This document shows, in pieces, positions 36,081 through 46,344 of a DNA stretch of 62,689 nt. Made by a program: the position numbers and the translations under genes. Origin of the DNA: a virus (taxonomy: Duplodnaviria; Caudoviricetes); IMG/VR virus record IMGVR_UViG_3300009506_000027, positions 1-62,689 of that record; one strand, given 5' to 3'. Positions within the stretch are counted from its first letter, which is position 1. The number at the start of each line of letters is the position of its first letter. The notes under the pieces are model-generated. The model ran no database searches. It saw only the letters and a list, made by a program, of their open reading frames with translations, and had not been told where the DNA came from.

Positions 36081-36098
36081 GAGTCAGGAGGGGCAACC

Positions 36099-36230
36099 AT
36101 GACGGCGACGCAGATTGTACTTGGTGTAGTGATCCTCGCCGTTCTTGGCGTGGTAATCGCGGCCATGTTCAAGGGCATGAAGGCCGACAGTGTGGTGGTG
36201 GACGAGGTGGGGGAGGAAGAGGATGGCTAA
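36099..36230 (+). CDS. 43-aa single-TM protein
   Basis: AGGAGG RBS; MTATQIVLGVVILAVLGVVIAAMFK followed by an acidic tail. Confidence 0.65.
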   Translation: MTATQIVLGVVILAVLGVVIAAMFKGMKADSVVVDEVGEEEDG

Positions 36231-36567
36231 CGAAAACGGGGGCGGCAGCGTGCGCGGGATTACCATTAGCGGTACGACGCTCACGAAAGTCCTTGCGAGC
36301 CTCAACGGCATCCTTCTAGCCGTATCACTCTACTTCCTTTCTTCCTTCGGTGGAGCGCAGGCGAAGAACACGGAGCGGCTGAACACCGTGGAGCGCAACG
36401 TGGCGGTGATTCAGGGCAACCGATTCACTGCTGGGGACGCCATCGCGCTCCAGCATGACGTGAGCGCAGACATTACGGCGCAGGTGCAGGCCCTCCGGTT
36501 GGAAATGAACGCCCGCTTCGACAGGTTGGAGGACAGGATCAATCGCATCGGCGGGGGAGAACAATAA
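36223..36567 (+). CDS. TM plus coiled-coil protein (lysis-module type)
   Basis: Hydrophobic helix then ARFDRLEDRI; TAATG coupling. Confidence 0.65.
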   Translation: MANENGGGSVRGITISGTTLTKVLASLNGILLAVSLYFLSSFGGAQAKNTERLNTVERNVAVIQGNRFTAGDAIALQHDVSADITAQVQALRLEMNARFDRLEDRINRIGGGEQ

Positions 36568-36851
36568 TGCTCAGAGGACTGAAGGAGATCGGCGGAAGAG
36601 GGTTTAGCATCGTAATCTGGTGCAGCGGGATCCTCCTGATCGTGGAGCTTCTGTTGTTCTGGGCCCTCTTCGACGCCAAGATAACATCAGAAGATTTTGC
36701 TGGGCTGACGCAACTTTTCATCTTGATGATCGGTGCCATGGGTGGTGTCTATCAGGGGCAGAACCTCATCAACGCCATGCCAGGAACCAGGAAGTGGGAA
36801 GGAAATCCCAACTCTGGAGATTCGACCATCACATCGGATCCCAACAAGTAG
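36567..36851 (+). CDS. Candidate holin (2 TM)
   Basis: 94 aa, two hydrophobic helices, polar tail. Confidence 0.5.
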   Translation: MLRGLKEIGGRGFSIVIWCSGILLIVELLLFWALFDAKITSEDFAGLTQLFILMIGAMGGVYQGQNLINAMPGTRKWEGNPNSGDSTITSDPNK

Positions 36852-36959
36852 CACGAGAAGCCTGTCACCTGGAGGGGACGGTTTCTCTTTTGTTCACCAA
36901 GGCGTGAGTGTAGATTGGAGTGACCCTGCGGAGGGTCCGAGAAACCCAGGAGAAATACC

Positions 36960-37355
36960 ATGACCGTGAGAGTTGACACCGACGTTGTGAACGGACTTGC
37001 CGACGCCTTCGCCGCCTACTTCGATAGCGGCGTTCTGGAGGTCAGGGACGGGACACAGCCCACTGATGCAGACGACGCCGCAGTCGGGAACGTACTCGCC
37101 AGCATCACCCTGCCTGCCACCGCCTTCGGCGCTGCCTCCGGTGGAGTGGTTTCCAAGAACGGGACGTGGCAAGACGGGTCCGCGAACCAGTCCGGCACCG
37201 CCACTTGGTTCAGGATGAGGGATTCGGGTGACACCTACCGCCTGGACGGCTCCTGCGGCCAGGGCTCCGGGGACTTGAGCTTCGATGATTCATCCATCGT
37301 GGCCGGTGGTGTCGTGACCATCACTGCGTTCAGCGTGACGATGCCCGAGTCCTAA
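36960..37355 (+). CDS. Small beta-rich virion fibre subunit
   Basis: DGTQP...LASITL...AFGAASGG...GTATWFR...DGS pattern common in phage fibre clusters; AGGAG RBS. Confidence 0.7.
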   Translation: MTVRVDTDVVNGLADAFAAYFDSGVLEVRDGTQPTDADDAAVGNVLASITLPATAFGAASGGVVSKNGTWQDGSANQSGTATWFRMRDSGDTYRLDGSCGQGSGDLSFDDSSIVAGGVVTITAFSVTMPES

Positions 37356-37401
37356 GCCGAATCGACAGCTTCGGATGTTGAAAAACACACCTTTCGACGC
37401 G

Positions 37402-37439
37402 AGGGACAGACGGCTAGGGGTCGTCTGTCCCTAATTTTT
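37402..37439 (+). terminator. Intrinsic terminator
   Basis: 13-bp stem AGGGACAGACGGC/GTCGTCTGTCCCT followed by AATTTTT. Confidence 0.7.
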
Positions 37440-37453
37440 GAACGGAGAGTGAA

Positions 37454-37843
37454 ATGCCTGATGCAATTCTGGGGCTGAAGAAAGAGGTGAGGGGCGAAGA
37501 CAGCGACGTCTTTATCGTCGTTCTGTTGATGTACGACATTCCCCCCGCCCAGCTTCAGACCGACGTGAACGGCGATCCCATCGTTCTCTCGCCCTCCGCT
37601 GGCCTGCCCGCCGAGTCCGCACTCGGCCCGGAGCCGGTCACGCAGGCAGAGAAGGATGAGTTCGATGCAGGAACATCTGTTTGGGCCATACACAGCTTCC
37701 TCCTTCGCCCGACCATGGACAATGCGGACATGATCGCGGAGGCGAGGAAGGGGTGGGCTGCGAGGAGACTGGAGCTTATTGCCGAGTACGAGGCGCTGGC
37801 CGGTTCTTGGGAGAACACGGGCGTCCGTATCTCCCCGACATAA
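37454..37843 (+). CDS. Hypothetical protein
   Basis: GGAG RBS. Confidence 0.7.
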   Translation: MPDAILGLKKEVRGEDSDVFIVVLLMYDIPPAQLQTDVNGDPIVLSPSAGLPAESALGPEPVTQAEKDEFDAGTSVWAIHSFLLRPTMDNADMIAEARKGWAARRLELIAEYEALAGSWENTGVRISPT

Positions 37844-37854
37844 GGAGTTGGATC

Positions 37855-38217
37855 ATGGCTTGGGAAGCATCACCGGGAACCCAGATTTCGACCAGTGCGT
37901 CGGTGAACGGCACGACCTACGGTGACAGTTCCAGCACGGTGAACCTGAATCCAGGCGAGTCCTGTCTGGTGACGGTCGATTCCGACACGAACGGGACGAC
38001 CGACGACCTGATTGTGGGGGTGTTCTACTCAAACGACGGCACGAACTGGGATGACGATCCGAACCGTTCGTTCCTGATCGACAAAAACACCGATCCCCAC
38101 CAGAAGTCGATCATCGTGAGTGGCCCGCCACACTTCAAGCTGATGTATAAGGGCACCGGCTCGACCGACACGTTCACCGTTCAAGCCTACGCTCGTAAGG
38201 ACGGGGTGAGCGCCTGA
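37855..38217 (+). CDS. Small jelly-roll-like virion protein
   Basis: AAGGAG RBS; SNDGTNWD motif. Confidence 0.65.
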   Translation: MAWEASPGTQISTSASVNGTTYGDSSSTVNLNPGESCLVTVDSDTNGTTDDLIVGVFYSNDGTNWDDDPNRSFLIDKNTDPHQKSIIVSGPPHFKLMYKGTGSTDTFTVQAYARKDGVSA

Positions 38218-38243
38218 TCCTCTAGCCTGGAAGGAGGGTCAGG

Positions 38244-39122
38244 ATGGCAGACTATGGGACGACCCGGAGGTTGTACTACCCCCAGGACAGGGTGAAGCCA
38301 CAGTCGTGGCTGGTCGATCCTGCCCAGATTGCTACGGAGTATAGGAAGCTCCTGGCCGACACCGTTCTCGCGGTGCCCTTTTGGGAGACGCAGGCCGGTG
38401 ACGGGCACCCATTTGACGATGTGAGCCCGTACCACCGCTCCCTTGTAGCGGTTAACGGAAACTCAGTGATTGTACCTTCGGTGGGGGCGTGTGGCCCCAT
38501 GTTTGAGTTCACTGGGAACGCCACAGCGGACAGGATAAACATCGGGAGCATATTGACGACAGATCCGCTCTGCATGTGCAATTCCGAAGAAATGACCTTC
38601 TTGTTCTTCGGCGTCCTTCAGGGCAGGCCATGGAATAGCAGTAATCCTAGAATTTTTGATAAGTCGGATGGAGGCTCCTGCGCGAACGGCTGGGCTGTAA
38701 GCTTGGCGGACGCGACGAGCGTTTCCGACATGACATTCTGGAGGACCAGCTCCTATTCCTCCTGGCGGTACGACAACAAGCTTGCTGATGGCAAGGAGCA
38801 CAGTGTCATGTTCCGCGTCATCAGTAACAGCGTGCATTGCTTCTTCGATGGAGTAGACCAGGGAAGCCGACGAACTGGGTCCGGTACGCCGACATTCCCA
38901 GCACCGTCCGTGGCTACCAACGCCGCCATCGGAAACTGGAACCATACCACCGACCGAGAATTTTATGGGCACATCAGCATGGTGGCGATCTGGGACCGGG
39001 CTCTGACCAATGACGAGATAGCCCTACTCGCAAGCGACCCCTGGGGACTGATCCGTCCAGGGCAATCCGTGCCTACCCCACGCAGGCCATCTTCCAGTAC
39101 AGCGGTTTGGTTGCGACGATGA
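38244..39122 (+). CDS. LamG/ConA-like lectin domain protein
   Basis: FFDG...AIGN...FYGHISMVAIWDRALTNDEI. Confidence 0.8.
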   Translation: MADYGTTRRLYYPQDRVKPQSWLVDPAQIATEYRKLLADTVLAVPFWETQAGDGHPFDDVSPYHRSLVAVNGNSVIVPSVGACGPMFEFTGNATADRINIGSILTTDPLCMCNSEEMTFLFFGVLQGRPWNSSNPRIFDKSDGGSCANGWAVSLADATSVSDMTFWRTSSYSSWRYDNKLADGKEHSVMFRVISNSVHCFFDGVDQGSRRTGSGTPTFPAPSVATNAAIGNWNHTTDREFYGHISMVAIWDRALTNDEIALLASDPWGLIRPGQSVPTPRRPSSSTAVWLRR

Positions 39123-41029
39123 GCAGCAACGTAAAGCCTGCTGAATGGGGATGGACTCCAGACGGGTTGGTATCCGACTGGAAGCCGTTTGCCGAGGGGT
39201 TACGCGTCCTCGTTCCCGGTTGGGGGAAAAGATCGCCGCTGTATCTGGACGGTGTGCCTACTGCTCCGACATGGAACGGCACCGCATCTGAGGCTGTTGG
39301 CGCGTTTGGGCCGCAGTTGGATCACGATGCTAACGGGTGCCTGAATCTCGGCAACAACGACGCGACGAAGGGACCGACCAACGAGATCACGGTCGTCTAC
39401 ATCACGCAGGCGTCCACGCTGACGCAAACGAACAATTACACGGGGCTGAACAAGGGGAACGGATACCGGATTGCGACGAACAGTAGTTCGTCCGTCTGGA
39501 ATTTTGAAGTGAGCGGCACGAACGCGAACTCCGTTTCGATCACTGATTCGGCTGACAGAACGCTCCCGTTGATTCTCGTAGGAAGATGGGCGTCCAATAC
39601 GCTGGAGTCGATGCGGGCATACCGCCTGTGGGACGGTGCGCTGATTGCCAGTGACGAGGATGGTACCCCGGTTACGGGTCCGATTGACTACTCCGACGCC
39701 ACGAGTCTGTACGTAGGTGCGAACCATTACGGGTCAGCGAATTGCTACGACGGAGATAGTCTGTTCGTTGCCGTCTGGGATCGTGTGCTCACGGATAGCG
39801 AGGTCGAACAGTTTGTCAACGACCCGTGGGGGTTGATTCGCCCTGCACGCATTGTCCCAGTCCAGATCAAGACACCGACGATCATCCGGCAAAGCCTAGA
39901 AGATGGCGTCAAGCCTGCGCACTGGAACTGGAGGCCGGAGCACCTCGCTGACCCGTATCGTACGATTGCCGAGGGACTCGTGTCGGTGATGCCCTGTTGG
40001 TTGGAGCCGAGTGGGTCGGCAGACATTCACGGATACGATTTAGTGACGGGCAAGGCCCTGGACGGTTCCGGCTCCTACCCCATGAGCCTTTATCCTTCCC
40101 GTTATGGCCATTGCCTCGCAAGGTACGATAGCCAAAGCACCTACATTGCCAGCCCACTTGTGGGGGCCGTTCCGGGTGGGATCACCTTCATTGTCGGTAG
40201 AAAAGACACGAGGACCGGGGACTATGGCGGAGTGTTTTGTGTTGGGGCTGTGAGTGGTAGCCAATGCGTCCGGCTTGGCACCACCCTCGCCTATGTGAAC
40301 CAACTGGATTTTTCCAGCATCACCGGGCCGGGGTACACTGATGGGGTGCAGATAGACGATTCCTCTTATGGCCGAAACGATTACCACGTTTTCGCCGGTC
40401 AGGCTGGCTTCGGGAAGCTCCGACTGTGGATAGATGGCAAAAATCACATTGACACAACGCTCACGAGCACGCACAAAGGCTTGTATCCATATGCGAATCA
40501 GCGATACACACCTGGTCAGTGGGCGTGGGGTATCAACGGGTTCGGTGAGATCCATTTTGCCTACGTGTGGGACAGGGAACTGACCGAAGAAGAGATCCAG
40601 CTTGTAACGGCTGATCCCTGGGGGATGATCCGGCCAGTGCGGTTGCTGTCGATTCCGCCTGTCACGACGGACGACGGTGCGCGTAACGCTACGGCCACAC
40701 TGGACCTCCCGGCCCTCACGGCTTCCGGCACGGCGACTCATGTGGGGCCGGTTGCGCGTAACGCGACGGCGGCGCTGGACCTGCCCGCCCTGACCGCATC
40801 TGGTACCGCTACCCACGTAGCCCCGTCCGCGTCCATATACCATTTCCGCTGGAGGGATGACGACAACAATGAAGCGAGTGCGACCTGGCTTCAGACCGAA
40901 GACTCCAACTACTCGGTCCAACAGGACGCAGAAATCCGCCTGCGTATCCAACTACGGGCTCCTCCATCCGGTGCTGCGCAGGTAGAGTGCGCGGAGGACG
41001 GCACCGAAGACTGGTTCACCCTGGAGTAG
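39107..41029 (+). CDS. Double LamG-domain protein with two LPALTASG repeats
   Basis: Two WDRxL...DPWGxIRP domains; C-terminal FRWRDDDNNE module. Confidence 0.8.
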   Translation: MVATMSSNVKPAEWGWTPDGLVSDWKPFAEGLRVLVPGWGKRSPLYLDGVPTAPTWNGTASEAVGAFGPQLDHDANGCLNLGNNDATKGPTNEITVVYITQASTLTQTNNYTGLNKGNGYRIATNSSSSVWNFEVSGTNANSVSITDSADRTLPLILVGRWASNTLESMRAYRLWDGALIASDEDGTPVTGPIDYSDATSLYVGANHYGSANCYDGDSLFVAVWDRVLTDSEVEQFVNDPWGLIRPARIVPVQIKTPTIIRQSLEDGVKPAHWNWRPEHLADPYRTIAEGLVSVMPCWLEPSGSADIHGYDLVTGKALDGSGSYPMSLYPSRYGHCLARYDSQSTYIASPLVGAVPGGITFIVGRKDTRTGDYGGVFCVGAVSGSQCVRLGTTLAYVNQLDFSSITGPGYTDGVQIDDSSYGRNDYHVFAGQAGFGKLRLWIDGKNHIDTTLTSTHKGLYPYANQRYTPGQWAWGINGFGEIHFAYVWDRELTEEEIQLVTADPWGMIRPVRLLSIPPVTTDDGARNATATLDLPALTASGTATHVGPVARNATAALDLPALTASGTATHVAPSASIYHFRWRDDDNNEASATWLQTEDSNYSVQQDAEIRLRIQLRAPPSGAAQVECAEDGTEDWFTLE

Positions 41030-41033
41030 CGCT

Positions 41034-43139
41034 ATGGCGAATCCAAATGGTGGACTGCATACTTGGAGGTTCTACCAGAACAATAACTCGGACCCGGATA
41101 GCTGCACCGCTATCGGAGCCGAGGGAAGCACCACCGAGAATATCACCCTCGACGTCCCCTTCATGGTCAGGATCGGGTCCTACAATGACTCGACCGCCAA
41201 TTTCAACACCACCGTTCAGCTTCGGTACAGGGTGGACGGTGGGGGGTGGAACAACGTCAGCGCGAGTTCGTCCAACGTCCGTATTTATGACGGCCAGCCT
41301 ACCGATGCTACGACCTGTGATACCCAGAACCTAAGCTCATACAGCACATTTACTTGGGAGTCGGACGGGTATTACGACGATGGCGACGGGCTGACCACCT
41401 CCATCGCTCACGCCAAAAACACCTTCTGGGAGGACCAGTGGTGCGTCGTTCTCCGCAGCGCGGAGTTGAGCGGCGGGGAGGCGATTGAGTTTGACGTGGT
41501 GTTCACTGGCGGGACGATGGATACGCCAGCGGATTACCCAGAGGTGCAGGCCGTCGCCGCGTCCTCTGATAGGAACGCCACCGGGGCTGTATCTCTGCCA
41601 TCCCTCACCGCTAGTGGGTCGGCAACCCATTCTCCACCCACCTTCAACGCCTCTGCCGCCCTGAGCCTACCGTCCCTGACGGCCTCGGGTGTGGCCGACT
41701 TCGGCCCGCCATTCTTTGCCACCGCCGCCCTGGCCCTCGCCGCGCTCACGGCTACTGGGACGGCAACGTTTTCTGCTGGGGCCAACGATGCGACCGCGTC
41801 CCTCAGTCTACCCGCTATCACGGCCTCCGGGACGGCAACGAACGCCGACCCGATCAAGCTATTTGATTCAACGTGGATTCCATCGGGCGGCGCAGATACA
41901 ACCAGACAGCTTACGATCCCGCCCGGACTGAGTGGTGCAGACTTCGTTGCTGGTAGAATTGAGGACACCGACAACCCCGCTGATGCGATCACGGGCGGCG
42001 AGGGTAAGTTCACGGAGTTTGAGTGGGCGATCACGCCCACGGCGGCTGCGGTAGGGAAGACGTGGAAGTTCCGTATCACCTTTGGCGGCACACCCGTCGA
42101 GTTCACCGTCACGCCGAAGCTGAGTGTCACGGCTGGGGTCAACCGGAACGCCACCGCTGCGCTCTCGCTGCCGCCACTGACTGCGTCGGGCACCGCGACC
42201 CACGCCCCACCCGAGTTCCAGGCCACGGCAGCGCTGGGCCTACCGGCACTTGCGGCTGCGGGAACGGCGACCCACGCGCCACCGGCAATGCAAGCGACGG
42301 CGGCGCTTTCGCTCCCATCGCTTACTGCGTCGGGTACAGCTACCCATGCCCCGCCTGAGTCCCAGGCCACTGCGAGCCTCACGCTTCCGGCCCTCGCTGC
42401 CTCGGGCACGGCCACACACGCTGCGCCCGAGTCCCAGGGGACGGCAAGCCTCACCCTCCCGGCCCTGGCCTCATCCGGGACGGCGACGTTTACCAAACCG
42501 ACCTTCGATGCCACGGCTGCGTTGTCGCTCCCCGCGCTTACCGCATCGGGTACGGCGACGCACGCCATTTCGCCCAGCGACGGGACCGCTGCCCTCACCT
42601 TGCCTGCGCTCACGGCGAGCGGGACGGCGACGCACGCTATCGCGGAACGCTCTGCGACGGCGGCGCTCACACTCCCAGCACTCACCGCATCTGGCACGGC
42701 GACGCACGCTATCTCCCCAAGCAACGCCACGGCGGCGCTCACACTCCCAGCACTGACGGCCACCGGCACGGCTACCCATACGCCGCCAGAGTTTCAGGCG
42801 ACTGCGGCCCTGTCCCTGCCAGCCGTCACGGCGTCCGGTGCCGCTACTCACACGCCACCAGAGTTCCAAGCTACGGCGACGCTCTCCCTGCCAGCGTTGA
42901 CGGCGAGTGGCACCGCCCTGTTCGATGTGCAGGAGCTTGAGGGATTCAGGTGGCGCGACGATGACAACAATGAAGCGAGCGCCACCTGGCTGGAATTGCA
43001 GGACGTCATTCATTCGTGCAGCCCGGACACGGAGCTTCGCCTGCGGCTATTGATCCAGATTCCTGCTGGCGGTGTGGTTCAGATTGAGTGCGCGGAGGAT
43101 GGAACGGAGGACTGGTTTGTTCTGGAGGGCCCGCCATGA
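41034..43139 (+). CDS. Beta-strand-repeat fibre protein A
   Basis: About 15 ATAALxLPALTASGTAT repeats between three globular modules. Confidence 0.75.
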   Translation: MANPNGGLHTWRFYQNNNSDPDSCTAIGAEGSTTENITLDVPFMVRIGSYNDSTANFNTTVQLRYRVDGGGWNNVSASSSNVRIYDGQPTDATTCDTQNLSSYSTFTWESDGYYDDGDGLTTSIAHAKNTFWEDQWCVVLRSAELSGGEAIEFDVVFTGGTMDTPADYPEVQAVAASSDRNATGAVSLPSLTASGSATHSPPTFNASAALSLPSLTASGVADFGPPFFATAALALAALTATGTATFSAGANDATASLSLPAITASGTATNADPIKLFDSTWIPSGGADTTRQLTIPPGLSGADFVAGRIEDTDNPADAITGGEGKFTEFEWAITPTAAAVGKTWKFRITFGGTPVEFTVTPKLSVTAGVNRNATAALSLPPLTASGTATHAPPEFQATAALGLPALAAAGTATHAPPAMQATAALSLPSLTASGTATHAPPESQATASLTLPALAASGTATHAAPESQGTASLTLPALASSGTATFTKPTFDATAALSLPALTASGTATHAISPSDGTAALTLPALTASGTATHAIAERSATAALTLPALTASGTATHAISPSNATAALTLPALTATGTATHTPPEFQATAALSLPAVTASGAATHTPPEFQATATLSLPALTASGTALFDVQELEGFRWRDDDNNEASATWLELQDVIHSCSPDTELRLRLLIQIPAGGVVQIECAEDGTEDWFVLEGPP

Positions 43140-43465
43140 GCGCCGTAACCTGGGCCTGGAAGATCGTCTATGAGATTCAAGATCCGGTCACGTCACACGA
43201 CTGTAAGCCGGAAGAAACCCCGGCGTGGGAGGTCCTGGCTATTGGACAGCCTGGTGTAGACTACCGCGACCTCGTACACAACGAGCGCTACTACATCTAC
43301 CGTGAGGACAAGGGGTTCTGGACGGGCCATGACTTTATTGGCCTGATTGACCAGTTGGTACACTTCGCCCATTTGGTCAGGGCGGTGCGTGTCGGGAGGG
43401 ACACGCTGAACAGCACGATGAAGAAGACGGTGGAAGACCTCGGCGTGGAAATGCGAGGTAAATAA
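43136..43465 (+). CDS. Hypothetical protein between fibre paralogs
   Basis: ATGA and TAATG coupling on the two sides. Confidence 0.7.
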   Translation: MSAVTWAWKIVYEIQDPVTSHDCKPEETPAWEVLAIGQPGVDYRDLVHNERYYIYREDKGFWTGHDFIGLIDQLVHFAHLVRAVRVGRDTLNSTMKKTVEDLGVEMRGK

Positions 43466-46035
43466 TGGCTACTCCGAATACTGGTCAGCACACATGGAGG
43501 TTCCAGGAGAACGACAATGCGTCGGTGAACTCCTGTTCATTCCGTGGTGCCGAGGGCAGTACAACGGAAACAGCCATACTCGACACGCCATTCATCATCC
43601 GGATAGCCCGATGGAATGACACCAGCGCCAACTATTCGGGCACCCACAAGCTCCAATATCGGAAGAACGGTGGTACGTGGACTGACGTGACTGGAAGTAG
43701 TTCCAACGTCCGCGTCTACGACGGCTCTCCTACGGATACGGAAGCGTGTTCTCAACTGCTGTCCAGCTATTCAACCTACTCCTTCGATTCGGACGGCAGC
43801 TACGACGACGGCGACGGGGTTGTGACCTCGGTGTCCCACCCCAAGACCAATTTCTGGGAGGACGCCTGGTGCGTAACGTTGCGCTCTGCTGAAATGAGCG
43901 CCAGCGATTATGTAGAGTTCAGGTCCGTACCCGACAACGGAACCACCACCACTGAAAGCTCCTTCGCCAAGATCACGGCGACAGCGGCCAGCATTGACAG
44001 CAACGGGACGGCAGCGCTGAGCCTGCCATCCCTGACGGCCAGTGGTACCGCCACCCATTCACCGCCTACGTTCAACGCATCGGCGGCGCTGAGCCTGCCA
44101 GCCCTCGCGGCCAGCGGCACCGCAACCTTCCAGTCAGTACACAACGCTACGGCGTCCCTTTCGCTGTCGGCGCTGTCGGCTTCAGGCGCAGCGACTCATA
44201 CCCCGCCAGAGTTCCAGGCCACCGCTGCGCTCTCGCTGCCGTCGCTCACCGCGTCTGGCGCTGCGTCCAAGGGTGGATATTTCGCGGTGGCGGCACTCGC
44301 GCTCGCGGCGCTGACTGCCAGCGGGACAGCTACCAGCGCCCCTCCGGGGAATAACGCCACCGCCAACCTGTCTCTCCCTGCCCTGACAGCATCGGGCACG
44401 GCCTCCAGGGAGGGCGGGTACAACGCCACCGCCGCGATCAGCCTCCCCGCGCTTACTGCTGGTGGAACGGCTACCTTCGCAACGGTCCAGGCGTTCAACG
44501 CCTCGGCATCCATTTCCCTGGCAGCGCTTACCGCCAGCGGCACCTCCACCGAACTCGACCCGATCAGGCTGTTTGATTCCACATGGATTCCCTCCGGGGG
44601 CGCTGATACCACGGCGCAGTTAACGCCACCGGAGGGAATGGACACTGGGGATTTCAGCGCAGGCCGGATTGAGGATCTGGACAACCCCTCCGACTCTATC
44701 GCGTCAAGCGTCGGCTATACGGAAATGGAGTGGGCGGTCAGGGCCGAGACTCCATCTGCCGGGAAGACGTGGAAGTTCCGGGTGAGGGTCAACGGCGTGA
44801 TCGTGCCACTGGCGGTCACGCCAAAGCTCGCAGTCGGTGAGGGCTTCAGCGGCACCGCATCACTGAGCCTACCGTCACTCGCTGCATCCGGTACCGCCAC
44901 GTTCGTCAAGCCCGAGGTGCAGGCTACCGCCGCGCTCTCACTCCCGGCGCTGACGGCGTCCGGGACTGCGACCCACGCACCACCGGCATCCAACGCAACC
45001 GCCGCGCTCTCACTCCCGGCGCTGACGGTAAGCGGGACGGCGACGTTTGAGTCCGGTGAGATTACAGCTACCGCTGCCCTGACGCTCCCGGCCCTGACCG
45101 CGAGCGGGACAGCGACGTTCGTTAAGCCAGAGGTACAAGCGACGGCAGCGCTCTCGCTCCCGGCGCTGACGGTGTCGGGGACAGCCACCCATACACCGCC
45201 CGAGTTCAGCGCCACTGCCACTATCACGCTTCCGGCGCTGGCGGTGAGTGGAACCGCGACGTTCGTAAAGCCAGAGGTGCAGGCGACGGCGTCCCTGGAT
45301 CTCCCGGCCCTGACGGCGTCGGGTACCGCGACACATATCGTTGCCGACAACGTAGGTACGGCAGACATTCGCCTCCCGGCCCTGACCGCGTCGGGGACCG
45401 CGACCTTCCCCCACCAGCGGGGCAGTGCGGCTGTGGCGCTACCGGCTCTCTCAGCTACGGGCGCTGCAACATTCGTCAAACCGGAAATTACCGGGACCGC
45501 CGCAGTCAGCCTGCCCGCACTGGTCGCTTCGGGTACGGCAAGGAAGTTCCAAGCTACTGGTAGCGTCACGCTTCCGGCACTAACGGCCACCGGAACCGCC
45601 ACTTCCACACCGCCTGAGTTCAACGCCACAGGAAATGTGGCGCTACCTTCCCTCACCGCCTCCGGTACGGCGCAAAGGCCCTACCTGGGGTCTGCCGCCC
45701 TCGCCCTACCAGCCCTCACGGCTGCGGGTACGGCAACCTATTCTTCGGGGACGAACAACGCGACGGCAGAGATCACCCTGCCAGCCATCGCGGCCTCGGG
45801 GACGGTTTCCACCGACCACTCCGCTGGCAGACCCCTGGACGTGGACGCGGAGATCCGGCACGATTTGGACGTGTCGGCTGGGGTTCAGCATGACCTGGAT
45901 GTAGACGTTACCGGAACCATCAGACACGACCTGAAGGTTGACGCTTCAATTATTCAGGACCTAACTGTGGATCTTACCATCAAGCATGACCTAGATTTAA
46001 CGGGAGAACTGAGGAGCCAGGACGATGACAGCTAA
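43465..46035 (+). CDS. Beta-strand-repeat fibre protein B
   Basis: About 22 repeats; modules shared with protein A; C-terminal HDLxV repeats. Confidence 0.75.
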   Translation: MATPNTGQHTWRFQENDNASVNSCSFRGAEGSTTETAILDTPFIIRIARWNDTSANYSGTHKLQYRKNGGTWTDVTGSSSNVRVYDGSPTDTEACSQLLSSYSTYSFDSDGSYDDGDGVVTSVSHPKTNFWEDAWCVTLRSAEMSASDYVEFRSVPDNGTTTTESSFAKITATAASIDSNGTAALSLPSLTASGTATHSPPTFNASAALSLPALAASGTATFQSVHNATASLSLSALSASGAATHTPPEFQATAALSLPSLTASGAASKGGYFAVAALALAALTASGTATSAPPGNNATANLSLPALTASGTASREGGYNATAAISLPALTAGGTATFATVQAFNASASISLAALTASGTSTELDPIRLFDSTWIPSGGADTTAQLTPPEGMDTGDFSAGRIEDLDNPSDSIASSVGYTEMEWAVRAETPSAGKTWKFRVRVNGVIVPLAVTPKLAVGEGFSGTASLSLPSLAASGTATFVKPEVQATAALSLPALTASGTATHAPPASNATAALSLPALTVSGTATFESGEITATAALTLPALTASGTATFVKPEVQATAALSLPALTVSGTATHTPPEFSATATITLPALAVSGTATFVKPEVQATASLDLPALTASGTATHIVADNVGTADIRLPALTASGTATFPHQRGSAAVALPALSATGAATFVKPEITGTAAVSLPALVASGTARKFQATGSVTLPALTATGTATSTPPEFNATGNVALPSLTASGTAQRPYLGSAALALPALTAAGTATYSSGTNNATAEITLPAIAASGTVSTDHSAGRPLDVDAEIRHDLDVSAGVQHDLDVDVTGTIRHDLKVDASIIQDLTVDLTIKHDLDLTGELRSQDDDS

Positions 46036-46342
46036 CCCATTGACGCTGAAATACAAGTCGGACGGCACGTTGGTCCTGACTGCTAAGTATCTGGACGGGA
46101 GCGAGGTATGGCAGAACCTCCTTGGGGCGACCATCAATGTGACCCTCGTGGAGCAGGGTGTTGAGATTCAAGCAGCAGCAGCGGCGACGGAGATCGGGGA
46201 CGGGGTGTACGAACTGGACCTTCCCTATGATCTGAACGTTGAGCCAGACGCCGTCGTGACGGCGCAGGTGGAGGTGATCGCAGCCGGTGGGTCGCGCACC
46301 TACGCTGAGATCAAGCTGAAGATCACCACGGACAAGGATTAG
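46025..46342 (+). CDS. Small Ig-like protein
   Basis: Beta-rich with GDGVYEL; GAGGAG RBS. Confidence 0.6.
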   Translation: MTANPLTLKYKSDGTLVLTAKYLDGSEVWQNLLGATINVTLVEQGVEIQAAAAATEIGDGVYELDLPYDLNVEPDAVVTAQVEVIAAGGSRTYAEIKLKITTDKD

Positions 46343-46344
46343 TC

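Noticed and set aside
41534-45656. Minus-strand AVP/AVSAG repeat ORFs
   Set aside because: Mirror images of the + strand LPALTASG repeats.
38244-46035. Diversity-generating retroelement acting on the fibres
   Set aside because: No reverse transcriptase and no adenine-specific TR/VR pair seen.
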